Shown here piece by piece: positions 36,741 to 46,721 of a DNA stretch of 64,000 nucleotides. Below the pieces are notes generated by a model. The model was not told the DNA's origin. It ran no database searches and was given only the letters and a program-made list of their open reading frames with translations. A program made the translations under genes and the position numbers. The stretch's first letter is position 1. Each line of letters begins with the position of its first letter. This stretch comes from a virus (taxonomy: Duplodnaviria > Caudoviricetes), in IMG/VR virus record IMGVR_UViG_3300037313_000492, positions 1,058 to 65,057 of that record. One strand, written 5' to 3'.

Positions 36741-37241
36741 ATGGACAGCCAATCTCTTATTAACGCAATCATGCAATCGCTTGGCTACGGGCCGAAGCAA
36801 TCGCAAAACAACGGGTATTCGTCCGTGATACAGAACTCGGGCATTTCGGATGTGTCAAAACCCGCCTCCAATCCTTCAGGGCCGCTTCAGGGCGTGAATT
36901 CGTCTCAGGCTCAAAGCCCAGTGGTAAATCAGGCATCTTCGGTGACTCCCATTCAGCCCGTTTCTTCTACTGCTGGTTATGCGCCAACCGGTACGCAGAC
37001 ATGGCAGAATAGCGCGTCTAATGGGGCGATCCAAGGCGGAACCGTTCAAACTTCAGACGCAACTCTGGCAAAACCATCAGGAGGGGGAGGGCAATCGGCG
37101 CAGGCAGCAATGATGATGGGGCAGCAACTCGGCAACACTATCAAGCAGGCAACCCAAAAGGGCGAATTACAGATTCCGGTTCCTCGCGCTGTGCCAACGG
37201 CTACTTTCGGCATCCCGCAGATTACATACGGAAAATACTAA
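36741..37241 (+). CDS. low-complexity internal virion/ejection protein
   Basis: Ser/Gln/Gly/Ala-rich 166 aa, preceded by TTGACA, located in the ejection module. Confidence 0.55.
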   Translation: MDSQSLINAIMQSLGYGPKQSQNNGYSSVIQNSGISDVSKPASNPSGPLQGVNSSQAQSPVVNQASSVTPIQPVSSTAGYAPTGTQTWQNSASNGAIQGGTVQTSDATLAKPSGGGGQSAQAAMMMGQQLGNTIKQATQKGELQIPVPRAVPTATFGIPQITYGKY

Positions 37242-37244
37242 GCT

Positions 37245-39149
37245 ATGAATTTCCAAGAGTTTCCACGGTTCAATATCGCGCCTCCTGTTTTCCAGCCGCT
37301 CAACCCGGCATCATATTTCAACCGGGAAGCTCCGCAGTTGGTTGCCAAAAACCTCAATGCACTGGTTGCACCAATTGCCGAAGGGATACAGAACGCAGTC
37401 GCAACGCATCTGAAGCTAAAGCAGATGCAAAACGAGGCCGGATGGAGACAGGCAGAACTAGGGCTGGAGCATGATCGTTTAACTCAGCAAGGTGATTTGA
37501 CCCGAACTCAGCGCGAAATCGAAGCTAATCGACTTGGCGAAGAGTCCCGACACAACCGGGCCACTGAGTCGCTGACCGGCCAGAGGAACAGCTATCTTAC
37601 TCCATTTGGTGCTCTTACCGGAGTTGATGACGGAGGAAATTCACCCCAAGCTCCAGCAGCGCAAGTTGACCAGCAGCAAGCGCCCGTGGACGCCGCACTT
37701 CCGACCAATGGAGGCGGAACGCTTGATCCAAATGCGGATGGAAACAACATGGGGCTGTTTCCCGCATCCGCTGATTTGAGCGGTGGATTCCAGGCTAAGC
37801 CTGTCACGATGCAGAACACGGCGACGCCGGTTGATGCGAAGTTCCCGGATTTGTCCGCAATCGATCTTTCGCAAACGACAGCCAGCAACGGAGATTCCGG
37901 AATTGTGGCGCGTCCTCCGGTCGCGGGGTCAAAGGCGTTTGAGTTGTCGCTTTCGGGCCAGCCTGAAATCTCTTTGGCTCCTACCGCTCCAGAACCGGCA
38001 CCAGTCCAGCAGAACCAGGGGCAGAGCCCATACGATGCCGCTGCGGCTGATTTGGGTAATACTTCCGACCGATTCAGCGAGGTTCAGGATAAGCTCGAGC
38101 AGACTTCGGGTGTGCAATCCCCTGCTCAGGCTCAGCAAACGCAACAGCAGCCCGTTGCCGCACCATCCAAGCCGTTTATTGTGGATGACGCTGGAAATAT
38201 CGTTTCGCTTCCGTTCGATCAGCGCCGAAAAGCGGTAATGGATCAGATTTCCGCACGTCCAGTTGTAAAGCAAATCAACGGCACCTCGATCTACCAAGAT
38301 GAAGCAGGAAGGCCCTACGCTATCATGGCGATTAACGAGACGCCTAATGGACTGGAGGAAGAAAGGGCTTACCAAGGCGCACGGCAGACGATCAAGGTTC
38401 CGCTTCTCCGCAAATACAACCTCCCCGCCGAACTCATCCAGCAGGGGCTGCATCAAAACGTAGTGGCCGATCAATGGACAAGCCCTCAGGAGTTCGCGGC
38501 CATGCTCGCGGAGGCACGGTCCCGAAACGGCGCGACGCTCAACGAGTATCAGCAGAAGTTCTTGGATCAGGCCGAAAGCCAGCTTCAGCGAACACAGGAA
38601 CACCTAGAAGACCGCGCTAGGCCGTACACTGAGGCGCTGAATACGCTTCAAGACGGCTATCGGCAGGGAAACAACCTTGGCGATCAAGCTATGATGCAAT
38701 CCCTGCAATCCCTTCTTCGTGGCGGAACGCCAGGACGGGGAGCACAAGCGCAACAGCTTTTAACGCAAGGCCAAGGGCTACTAGATCGATTCCAGGGCGA
38801 ACTCAATAAGCTACAGGGAAAGGGGTTGGTTGATCCCGCGTTGAGGCAGCAAGTCTTGCAGTTCGGCCAACAGCTCGCGCAATCGCACGTGCATCCATTT
38901 CAGCAACAGCTAGACCAAGCCCGTCAGTTGTACGTAGGCCGCGCAAAGATGCGCAACATACCAGAAGACGCATTCACCCCGCGCCAAATCACTGGATTTG
39001 AACCGCAGCAATCCAATGACAGTGCTACACCCGCCGCAAGCTACCCTTCAATGCCGTCGAATAAGGCGGAACTAAAGCCAGGCCAGACATATCAAACGCC
39101 TCGCGGTGCCGCTACCTGGGACGGATCAAAGTTCACTATCGTCAAATAA
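37245..39149 (+). CDS. DNA ejection (internal virion) protein
   Basis: Gln/Pro/Ala-rich with coiled coils; C-terminal LKPGQTYQTPRGAATWDG motif of a type seen on podovirus injection proteins. Confidence 0.6.
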   Translation: MNFQEFPRFNIAPPVFQPLNPASYFNREAPQLVAKNLNALVAPIAEGIQNAVATHLKLKQMQNEAGWRQAELGLEHDRLTQQGDLTRTQREIEANRLGEESRHNRATESLTGQRNSYLTPFGALTGVDDGGNSPQAPAAQVDQQQAPVDAALPTNGGGTLDPNADGNNMGLFPASADLSGGFQAKPVTMQNTATPVDAKFPDLSAIDLSQTTASNGDSGIVARPPVAGSKAFELSLSGQPEISLAPTAPEPAPVQQNQGQSPYDAAAADLGNTSDRFSEVQDKLEQTSGVQSPAQAQQTQQQPVAAPSKPFIVDDAGNIVSLPFDQRRKAVMDQISARPVVKQINGTSIYQDEAGRPYAIMAINETPNGLEEERAYQGARQTIKVPLLRKYNLPAELIQQGLHQNVVADQWTSPQEFAAMLAEARSRNGATLNEYQQKFLDQAESQLQRTQEHLEDRARPYTEALNTLQDGYRQGNNLGDQAMMQSLQSLLRGGTPGRGAQAQQLLTQGQGLLDRFQGELNKLQGKGLVDPALRQQVLQFGQQLAQSHVHPFQQQLDQARQLYVGRAKMRNIPEDAFTPRQITGFEPQQSNDSATPAASYPSMPSNKAELKPGQTYQTPRGAATWDGSKFTIVK

Positions 39150-42100
39150 GATGCCAGATACCTTTACTTTCGAGGATGCGCTGAAGTCTCCGCAATCGCC
39201 TGATTCATTCTCATTTGAGGATGCGCTTGGGGATAAGATTTCGACATTGGCTAGCGATAGTTCTTTCAACCCGATTCAACACGCCATCGATAACCCCAAT
39301 GATTTCGATACAGCGTATCAGGTATTTAAAGCTAAGCGCACTCAGCCAATAACCAGCCAAGACGCGGTTAAGTTCGGCAAAGCTATTCCTGCGGCGGTCA
39401 AGGGGCTGGCTGGAGGTATCGGGACGGCATTAGGGGATGCGTCCGTAGTAGCTCAATCGGAACTTCCGAAACTCGCTAGGTCGTACAATGTCCAGGAGCA
39501 ACCCGATGGCACATTCACGGAACCCACGATCAACCTAGATCAAGATGCAGGAACCAAGCGGGCATACGCGGAGGGGTTAGGCATCCTTCAAAACGCAGGC
39601 GTTTCATTGGGCGAAGACGCGATGAAGGTAGGCGACAAGATAATTCACCCGATTCGCTACGCCACGCAAACTCAAGACGATCAAACATCGCATCCGATTT
39701 ACGAGAAAATGCCAGATGTTGACCCAGATTCAGCAGTGGATTTGGTTTCTGGATTGGCTGCGATGTCTGGATATGTCCCGCATCGCAAACAGATCGGAAC
39801 TACGCCAGCGCAACCGGCCCCGAAGGCCATTGATAGCGGCGAAGACGAGGCTTCGGATCGCGAATATTTCCGCAACCTAGTCGCAATGGAAGCGGAGAAG
39901 CAGGCGACGGCCAAGGGCCAAACCCTGGAGACTTTGGGAGGCGCAATCCAGGCAGGCGAAGACCCCGAGAAGCTGAAACAAGAAGGCGCAGTCACAATCA
40001 ATCCGGAAGACGTAAGCAACGCCGCGGGAGCTATCAACCCAGAGCTATTCATCCCGCTTGGCGCTCCCGGAGAGGTCACGAATGCGGTTGCTGGAAACAT
40101 TTTGAAGTATGGAGGCAAGGCGCTGGAGGTTCCCGCCGACGCCGTGATTGCTGGCGTCAAGAAATTGCCATTGGCCGGAAAGATTGCTGCTGGCGGCGCT
40201 ACGGCACTGGGGGCTTATGAGGCCGGGAAATACCTTTACAATCACCCCGACCAAGCCGCTATAGGAGGGGGATTGCTGGCCGCTGGAGGGGTTGGCAAGC
40301 TCGCTGGAAAGCTCGCCAATGAAGCAGGCGAACAGCTTCTCAATCCTAAGTTCATCGCCCCTGAATCCGCCGCCGCAATCAAAGAGGCAGCGAATGGAGG
40401 TGGATTCCTTAACCCGCAGATGAACCTTGCGTCCGCGAAGCAAGCGGTTCGCTCTGGCCTTCAGGGAGCAGCTACGGGCGCGGTTTCAATGGCACCATTG
40501 AACGCATTGACATCCGACAACGCCTCGGAGTTCGCGGAGAAAGAAGGGGGCGCGGCTGGGATCGGCATCCTTGGCGGATTTGTGCGCAATTCGGAAGATG
40601 GAAGCTATCTCCGAATGAAGAACCAGCTAAACAACATCCTCACCCAAGAAGGCGCACAAAAGCAATTTGGGGTTGGGTATGATGACGCGCACGCAAGCGG
40701 GGTTCAGAACCTCGATCCCGCATCTCAGGACGTGGTGAATAAATACCGCGCTTTCTTTGGCCGGTTGCGCACTCAAGACGGAACACCATACCAGATTTAC
40801 GCGATCAAGGGAGACGACTACAAGCAGGCCCTTTCAAACAACGGCGTGGAAGGTGTTGGCGAGAATTCCAATGGGTTCGTGTCGCCGGATGGCTCGCAGG
40901 TGTTCCTGAACACGGATGCCATGAATGCCGATGCCGGGAACACGGCAGGGCATGAAGGGGCGCATATTGTTGAGGAGCTATCCAAGCGTATCGCGCCAGA
41001 ATTAACCCAGGGACTAACCCGGGAACTGCACACAAACCTGTACGACCAGAAGGGCAATCCAACTGAGGATTTCCAGAACTTCCTCGATACCTACAACAAG
41101 AGCCTTGGTGCTGACGTACTGGCCACCAATGACCCGCAGTCACGCCAGAAGGCCGAGAGCGAGTTCCTTGCCGAGACCGGGCGCAAGATTCTTTCTGGTG
41201 GCAATATCGAGCAATTCGGACTGCCTAAAACGCTTACCCAAAAGGTAAGGGACGCGGCATCGCAATTCCTTCAAGAGAACCTCGGAATCCAACCCGAGAA
41301 CGGGCAGCTTGGCTTTGGAGGGCAGGAAATCGCGTCCATCACGCGCGGGATGTCCGATCTTCTGTTCCGCGCCGGGAAAGAATCCATTGGAAACCCGGCC
41401 ACCGAAGAAGGCGCTAATTTCAGGCTTCAGCAGCTTGATTCTCAAATCTCAGAACCGCTTCCGCCGAATGCGACACCTGAACAGATTTCGGCCCGAAACG
41501 ATCTAATCAAAGAGCGTCAAGGATTGGTTCGCAACATGAGCCAAGCCAAGATGTTCGAGCGCCAACCAGAGCCCAATCTGGAGCGCCCACAGACGCCCGG
41601 GGCCCCCGTTCAGCCTGATCTTTCCCAGCAACCAGAACAGCCAGAATCCACTCAGGTTACGCATGGGGTAACGCCAGAGATGCGGCAAGACTTCATCGAG
41701 CGTTACACGAATCAACTCCAGCCAGTTGGCAAGAAACGTGGCACCGTCCGGAGCACGAAAGAGAAGATGCAGGAAGGAACTGGCATCATTGATTCGTACA
41801 TTGAGGCATTGCATGACGAGGGACGCCAAGAGCATCCAGACACGCTTTTCGGAAACGCCATCCGGTTTGCCGACAGCGGAGAAATCCCGCGCACGGCAGG
41901 ATACTCCGGAGAACAGCCCATTTCACCTACCGACACCGGGATAGGACCAATCGTGCCGGGAACCGATACCGCCGGCGTGGCACCTACCCAAAAAGCAGAG
42001 GTTGCGGCCACTGAAGAAGCGCCGAAACCGCAAGAAACCGGAGCCGTGGACCTATCAAAACCGGTAGAGACTGGCGAGAAACCCATTTCCGGGCCGACTC

Positions 42101-44505
42101 TGGAGCCAAAGCCGCTTTCCGAGGATCAAGTCACCAAAATCGCCGTGGATTCCACGAAAGGCTATCAGCCAGGGAGAAAGGGGCAAGAGACAGTACGCAA
42201 AGAACTAGCCAAGATTACCCGTGACGCGGTGATGGAGGCGCATTCCAAGGCGTTGCCATCGGACACGGACCTCGTGACCATGCGGACCAATCGGGATGGA
42301 ACCAAATCCATTTCCGGAACGCGGTTCGATTTCGATGATCCAGCGCATCAGAGAATTCTGCAACAGGCTGGACTTACCCGGGCGCAGATTGATCAAATTC
42401 GCCAGATTCAGGAATCCGATGGACCGCTAAACGTGGTTTATGATTCCGCCAAGCGACTAGACTCAGATCAAACCAACCTTTCCCGCCAAGAAGCTCAGGC
42501 TGAGAGCACGCCAGATCAAAGGGCGATCGGAAGAGGCGAATCCGAGCTGGCAAACAAGAGTCTAGTGCGCCCGTATTTCCAGGTCACGAACACGGGCAAT
42601 ATCATCGTCAAGGGTTGGTCAGTAGACAAGATGATTGGTAACGCCATCAAGACGATAGACATGATGAACCGCGTTGGGGGCGCTCCGTGGGAAAGCGTAA
42701 ATGACCCTGAGTTTACGCAGGATTTCAATGCCTACGTGGACAACCAGCGGCACGGATACACGGGGCAAGGCGACCGCAAGTTGACCGGCACCGAGGCCAT
42801 TCCCGTACAGGTTGATCCGAATTACCGCCCAATCGACATCGGCAAAGAGAAAGCTGACTTCTTCAACTTCATCCAAGGGAATGAAGGAGCCAAGTCGAGG
42901 ACGGATCGCGGCCAGGAATTTCGAGATTTTGCTTCACTGAATCAGAATCAACCGATTGCCGGGGAGGTGAATCCATTGAGAAAGGCCATGAACGAATTGG
43001 GGCTTGTTTCCAAGGGCAAAGCTGAAGGGAGCCGACAAGTCATTGAGCCGACGCCAGAGGAAATCCGAGCGGACCTAATCCATGAGGTTTCCAGCGACCA
43101 AGGCGAGGCGTTCCGTAGTCAGGACCAATACATGGGAGATAAGGCCGATCTATCCCGCACAGGCGTTCCGCGATCCGATCTGGTTGCGGCAGGGTTCATG
43201 CCGAATGAGGCGAATCCAGGGGAAGAGGTTGCAGATAAAACAAAAACGCCAGAATTCAAGAAATGGTTTGGCGCGTCCAGGGTTCTGGATGAGTCCGGAA
43301 GACCAAGAGTCATGTACCACGGATCTCCTCATGGAGAGTTCAACAAGTTCAGCGCCAGAAAGCGCGGCACTGGAGCCGACAATGGGGGAGTTGGCGATTA
43401 TGGAAATGGGTTCTATTTCACTCCAAACATGGAGGACGCAATTGGGTATTCCAAGGGTGCCAACGGAGACTCTCCTAACGCCAAGGTGTACTCAGTGTAT
43501 CTCCGGATGGAGAAACCATTCGACATGAAAATGCTGAGCGATTTTGACCATTATCACAATGAACTGGTATCAAAGTACGGATTATTCAATATTCCTGATT
43601 CTGAATACAATGCGCTTTACTCAAAATTAGGAGCATCAGAGGATGATATCAACTTCATGCGCGAAATACAGGGCGACATGGGGGATGATTACTGGGGCGA
43701 CTATGACATGGCCAAGGTTCTCAAAAAGAAAGGGTTTGATGGAATCATAAATCCCACCGGTGATGAATACGTCGTATTTAATCCCACTCAGATAAAGAGC
43801 ACCGAAAACAACGGCCAATTCAGCCGCAGGAACTCGGATATTCGTTTCATGCCGAATGATGTCTCTGCTCCAGACCTATCCGCCGCAGACCGCCAAAAAG
43901 CGTTCAAGGCCGATATGATGGCGCAACGGGGATTCTTTCAGCAGAAGATGAAAGAGGGCGGCTATTCGGAGTTGACCGATGTGCCTTCGGAAACCTTAGC
44001 GCAATGGTCAAGAGAATGGAGAGACGCGCATCCTCGCGTGGATCAAAACGGGCGAGTTCTATTCATGCCAAGTGATTCAAGAAATCAAGAGGATTACAGA
44101 ATGGCCCACCGACCGATGATGGATGAAGGAGGAGCGTCAAGATTGCACGATTTATCGAAATCATTCGGGGCTGATATTTACACGAAGAACGCCCTTCAGT
44201 TTTTCGGAAGTGGAGACCCCAGAGAAAAGAACGTGCTACGAATCCTTAATTCAATACGAGGCAAACCAGATGCTGATGTGACGATATATAGGGGGATTCC
44301 AAAGGGAGTTGATGGTGATATATCGCCAGGAGACTGGGTTACTTTAGACAAATCCGTGGCGAAGGATTACGGCGATCAGGTTTTGAGTAAAACCGTGAAG
44401 GCCAAGGATGTTACGTCGTGGGCTGATTCGCTGCTGGAGTTTGGGTATTATCCCGAAACTAGGAGTTCAACTCCGGACTTGTCCGAAGGGTCAAATTCGC
44501 GCTAA
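39106..44505 (+). CDS. large polyvalent ejection protein with a zincin-like motif and two ADP-ribosyltransferase-like domains
   Basis: HEGAH at aa 616; ART-like module FKKWFG-x-S..D..G.P..MYHG...GFYFT...VYLRMEKP; second module YRMAHRP...TIYRG...GDWVT...Y; start probably ATG ~39151. Confidence 0.8.
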   Translation: MPLPGTDQSSLSSNKMPDTFTFEDALKSPQSPDSFSFEDALGDKISTLASDSSFNPIQHAIDNPNDFDTAYQVFKAKRTQPITSQDAVKFGKAIPAAVKGLAGGIGTALGDASVVAQSELPKLARSYNVQEQPDGTFTEPTINLDQDAGTKRAYAEGLGILQNAGVSLGEDAMKVGDKIIHPIRYATQTQDDQTSHPIYEKMPDVDPDSAVDLVSGLAAMSGYVPHRKQIGTTPAQPAPKAIDSGEDEASDREYFRNLVAMEAEKQATAKGQTLETLGGAIQAGEDPEKLKQEGAVTINPEDVSNAAGAINPELFIPLGAPGEVTNAVAGNILKYGGKALEVPADAVIAGVKKLPLAGKIAAGGATALGAYEAGKYLYNHPDQAAIGGGLLAAGGVGKLAGKLANEAGEQLLNPKFIAPESAAAIKEAANGGGFLNPQMNLASAKQAVRSGLQGAATGAVSMAPLNALTSDNASEFAEKEGGAAGIGILGGFVRNSEDGSYLRMKNQLNNILTQEGAQKQFGVGYDDAHASGVQNLDPASQDVVNKYRAFFGRLRTQDGTPYQIYAIKGDDYKQALSNNGVEGVGENSNGFVSPDGSQVFLNTDAMNADAGNTAGHEGAHIVEELSKRIAPELTQGLTRELHTNLYDQKGNPTEDFQNFLDTYNKSLGADVLATNDPQSRQKAESEFLAETGRKILSGGNIEQFGLPKTLTQKVRDAASQFLQENLGIQPENGQLGFGGQEIASITRGMSDLLFRAGKESIGNPATEEGANFRLQQLDSQISEPLPPNATPEQISARNDLIKERQGLVRNMSQAKMFERQPEPNLERPQTPGAPVQPDLSQQPEQPESTQVTHGVTPEMRQDFIERYTNQLQPVGKKRGTVRSTKEKMQEGTGIIDSYIEALHDEGRQEHPDTLFGNAIRFADSGEIPRTAGYSGEQPISPTDTGIGPIVPGTDTAGVAPTQKAEVAATEEAPKPQETGAVDLSKPVETGEKPISGPTLEPKPLSEDQVTKIAVDSTKGYQPGRKGQETVRKELAKITRDAVMEAHSKALPSDTDLVTMRTNRDGTKSISGTRFDFDDPAHQRILQQAGLTRAQIDQIRQIQESDGPLNVVYDSAKRLDSDQTNLSRQEAQAESTPDQRAIGRGESELANKSLVRPYFQVTNTGNIIVKGWSVDKMIGNAIKTIDMMNRVGGAPWESVNDPEFTQDFNAYVDNQRHGYTGQGDRKLTGTEAIPVQVDPNYRPIDIGKEKADFFNFIQGNEGAKSRTDRGQEFRDFASLNQNQPIAGEVNPLRKAMNELGLVSKGKAEGSRQVIEPTPEEIRADLIHEVSSDQGEAFRSQDQYMGDKADLSRTGVPRSDLVAAGFMPNEANPGEEVADKTKTPEFKKWFGASRVLDESGRPRVMYHGSPHGEFNKFSARKRGTGADNGGVGDYGNGFYFTPNMEDAIGYSKGANGDSPNAKVYSVYLRMEKPFDMKMLSDFDHYHNELVSKYGLFNIPDSEYNALYSKLGASEDDINFMREIQGDMGDDYWGDYDMAKVLKKKGFDGIINPTGDEYVVFNPTQIKSTENNGQFSRRNSDIRFMPNDVSAPDLSAADRQKAFKADMMAQRGFFQQKMKEGGYSELTDVPSETLAQWSREWRDAHPRVDQNGRVLFMPSDSRNQEDYRMAHRPMMDEGGASRLHDLSKSFGADIYTKNALQFFGSGDPREKNVLRILNSIRGKPDADVTIYRGIPKGVDGDISPGDWVTLDKSVAKDYGDQVLSKTVKAKDVTSWADSLLEFGYYPETRSSTPDLSEGSNSR

Positions 44506-44877
44506 AAACCCGATCGAATCCACCGTCGCAAGCGGCTCATCAACCCCGCTGGGGTCATGCACCATTTGGAGCGTGGCCCCTTCTATCTTGGCTACTACTG
44601 AGTGACGGCAGGTGTGCTTGTGGTTCATCCCCGAGGCGATGACATATAGGCTCGGTATTTCAGACATGGGCCAGCCATGCTTCAGGCTCACGTTCACGAA
44701 GGTCAGATGATGCTTTCTGAGGTATTTCTGGAGCGGTTTAAACCAGTCTGAGTCGGTTTCCGTAGGGTGAAGCAGTTCGTCTATCTCCTTGAGTTCCACA
44801 CCCAGCAACGAGGCTACGCACGCCGCAAAGCAGTTTCCATCCGTCTTTCCGTGCCTCGTCTGCTTTACGGGTTTCAT
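44491..44877 (-). CDS. papain/C39-like cysteine peptidase candidate
   Basis: Q...GNCFAACVASLL, then HSVV and HDP (Cys-His-Asp order). Confidence 0.5.
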   Translation of the reverse strand: MKPVKQTRHGKTDGNCFAACVASLLGVELKEIDELLHPTETDSDWFKPLQKYLRKHHLTFVNVSLKHGWPMSEIPSLYVIASGMNHKHTCRHSVVAKIEGATLQMVHDPSGVDEPLATVDSIGFLARI

Positions 44878-45572
44878 GCCTCAATGAGTTTTACTTTGGA
44901 AAGGTCGATTGGCTTTGGTTCCACCCTATCGGGCTGTTCAATGGCGACATTGTGGATCATCTCTGCCGCTTTGGATGCTAGTAGCCGAGTAATCTCGTTA
45001 ATGTCCAACCCTCCAGAATCCTTCATCTCTTTTGGCTTGGCATATCCCAGGATGGTCGCTCTCATCGCCTCAGTTTTGAGAACTATCTCGGCGCTTTTCT
45101 GCTGTTCTTTGACTGCGTTCTCGTCCATGACCATCTCGCCGGTTTGTTCGTATCGAACGAGCTTGTATTGTTCCGCCGTGGCAATCGGAAGGTGTTTCTT
45201 TATTACGAGGTTCATGCGCTCCAGGGAAGAGCACAACTCCTCTTCGGCCACGTCCTTTATTCGTTCAACCACTGCCTTTCTCGCGATTGCCAAGAGTTCA
45301 AAGACTCTCGTTTTCTTGAGTCCCATCACCTTGCAAATATCAAGGTAGTTGTTCCCCATGACCTTGAGTGTCATTGCCTGCTCCGCGAGTTCCAGATCGG
45401 CTAGGCTCGCGTCTTCAATCGGGGAATCTTCGATGGGCAGCGCGTGCTTGTAAGGGGTAGTGCGCGTCTGCAACTTATGCACCTTCGGCCCCTTGGCGAC
45501 TTTCTTCTTGCTTGCCATGATGCAACCAGAATACGCCTTCAGGTTTTCCCTGACAATGCAAGCGTGCATCAA
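44874..45572 (-). CDS. HTH protein, terminase small subunit candidate
   Basis: HTH (GNNYLDICKVMGLKKTRVFELL) followed by helical oligomerisation-like region with RATILGY-x-P; start may be MASKKK. Confidence 0.45.
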   Translation of the reverse strand: MMHACIVRENLKAYSGCIMASKKKVAKGPKVHKLQTRTTPYKHALPIEDSPIEDASLADLELAEQAMTLKVMGNNYLDICKVMGLKKTRVFELLAIARKAVVERIKDVAEEELCSSLERMNLVIKKHLPIATAEQYKLVRYEQTGEMVMDENAVKEQQKSAEIVLKTEAMRATILGYAKPKEMKDSGGLDINEITRLLASKAAEMIHNVAIEQPDRVEPKPIDLSKVKLIEA

Positions 45573-45593
45573 AGATTTATTTGAGATTTGCGC

Positions 45594-45621
45594 TTGTGCA
45601 ACCGTCCACGGACGCTATAAC
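45594..45621 (+). promoter_or_regulatory. sigma70-like promoter
   Basis: TTGTGC-16 nt-TATAAC with the palindrome CGTCC-AC-GGACG in the spacer. Confidence 0.55.
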
Positions 45622-45625
45622 GTAT

Positions 45626-45753
45626 GGGCTGTGAGTGCGGCGTGGAAAGCAGACACGCAAGCGCAACACGCACAATAGCTAGTTTGACCTGCGTATGACC
45701 ACAGGCAGGAAGCGCACTAGCATAGCCGGAGTAGCGCCTGGCCACTCACACCC
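45626..45753 (+). ncRNA. tRNA-shaped RNA / structured 5' leader
   Basis: 8-bp closing stem TGTGAGTG/CACTCACA; D-arm-like GCGTG-GAAAGCAGA-CACGC; T-arm-position hairpin GCCGG-AGTAGCG-CCTGGC; begins at the predicted TSS. Confidence 0.45.
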
Positions 45754-45771
45754 TTTCAACCCATCAAAATC

Positions 45772-46581
45772 ATGAGCAAAGCAGTTCAACACATCGAGTT
45801 CACGGCAGTAGACGCAGCCAAGCACACCATCAACCTGGACAAGGTGTCCCTAGCCGTAGTCGGAGACATTGCAGCCGAAAAGGCGGGGCTTTTGTCCAAG
45901 TCTGAGGCCATCAAGTCGGTGGCATCGGATGATGAAGCACAAGCCGCTTTGAACGTGGCGGCAGAGCTAAAGGGGGCCGTCAAATCCGTGGACAAGAAGC
46001 GGGAAACGTTCAAGGCTCCGGTCCTGTTATTGGGCCGAGCCATTGATTCCACGGCCAAAGAATTCATTACTCCGGTGGAAACCGAAGCCAAGCGGCTAGA
46101 AAGACTGGCTGGCGATTGGGCTCTGAAAAAGGAGCGCGAACACCAAGCCGAGATTGCCCGCCAACAGGCCGAAGCCGAACGGCTTCGCAGACAGCAAGAG
46201 GAAGAGGCGAGAAAGGCCCAAGAAGCGGCGGAAGCAGCACGCAAAGCAGCGGAACAAGCCACAACCCCAGAAGACAAAGAGGCGGCAGAAGACGCGGCGT
46301 TTGAAGCCGAACTCGCGGCGTCTATTCCCGTTTCGGCTCCTGTCCCTGCTGCTGTGGTTCCGGATAAACCCAAGTTTGCCGGGGCGTCTGTTCAAATGGT
46401 CAAAGAGCCAGTGATTGAAGACATTCACGCGCTTTATGCCGCTTATCCTTCCTGTGTCGAATTGACGGCCAAGCTCTCGAACATCAAAGACCTCATCAAG
46501 CGCGGAATCACAGATATTCCCGGGGTGCGCTTCGAAGAACGCGCGGCGGTGAGCGCAAAGGCAGCAGCACGGAGGTCTTAA
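45772..46581 (+). CDS. coiled-coil protein of the recombination module (Gam/Gp157-like)
   Basis: long E/A/K/R coiled coil, C-terminal IPGVRF motif, located upstream of the recombinase. Confidence 0.55.
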   Translation: MSKAVQHIEFTAVDAAKHTINLDKVSLAVVGDIAAEKAGLLSKSEAIKSVASDDEAQAALNVAAELKGAVKSVDKKRETFKAPVLLLGRAIDSTAKEFITPVETEAKRLERLAGDWALKKEREHQAEIARQQAEAERLRRQQEEEARKAQEAAEAARKAAEQATTPEDKEAAEDAAFEAELAASIPVSAPVPAAVVPDKPKFAGASVQMVKEPVIEDIHALYAAYPSCVELTAKLSNIKDLIKRGITDIPGVRFEERAAVSAKAAARRS

Positions 46582-46721
46582 CCAATGAATATTTGCACCA
46601 TACCTGAAGCTAAGTTCGCAAAGACGTACAATGAAGAGTCTAGGGTTTTATTTCCTCTGATTCAGAACGATTTCTCAGAGCCATTCGACAACCAACTGCG
46701 CGAACTCATCGCTTAATTACC

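Noticed and set aside
36741-37241. RiPP precursor for YcaO/TfuA
   Set aside because: It lies beyond the rsr terminator, is 166 aa, and has the composition and position of an ejection protein; no leader/core structure is visible.
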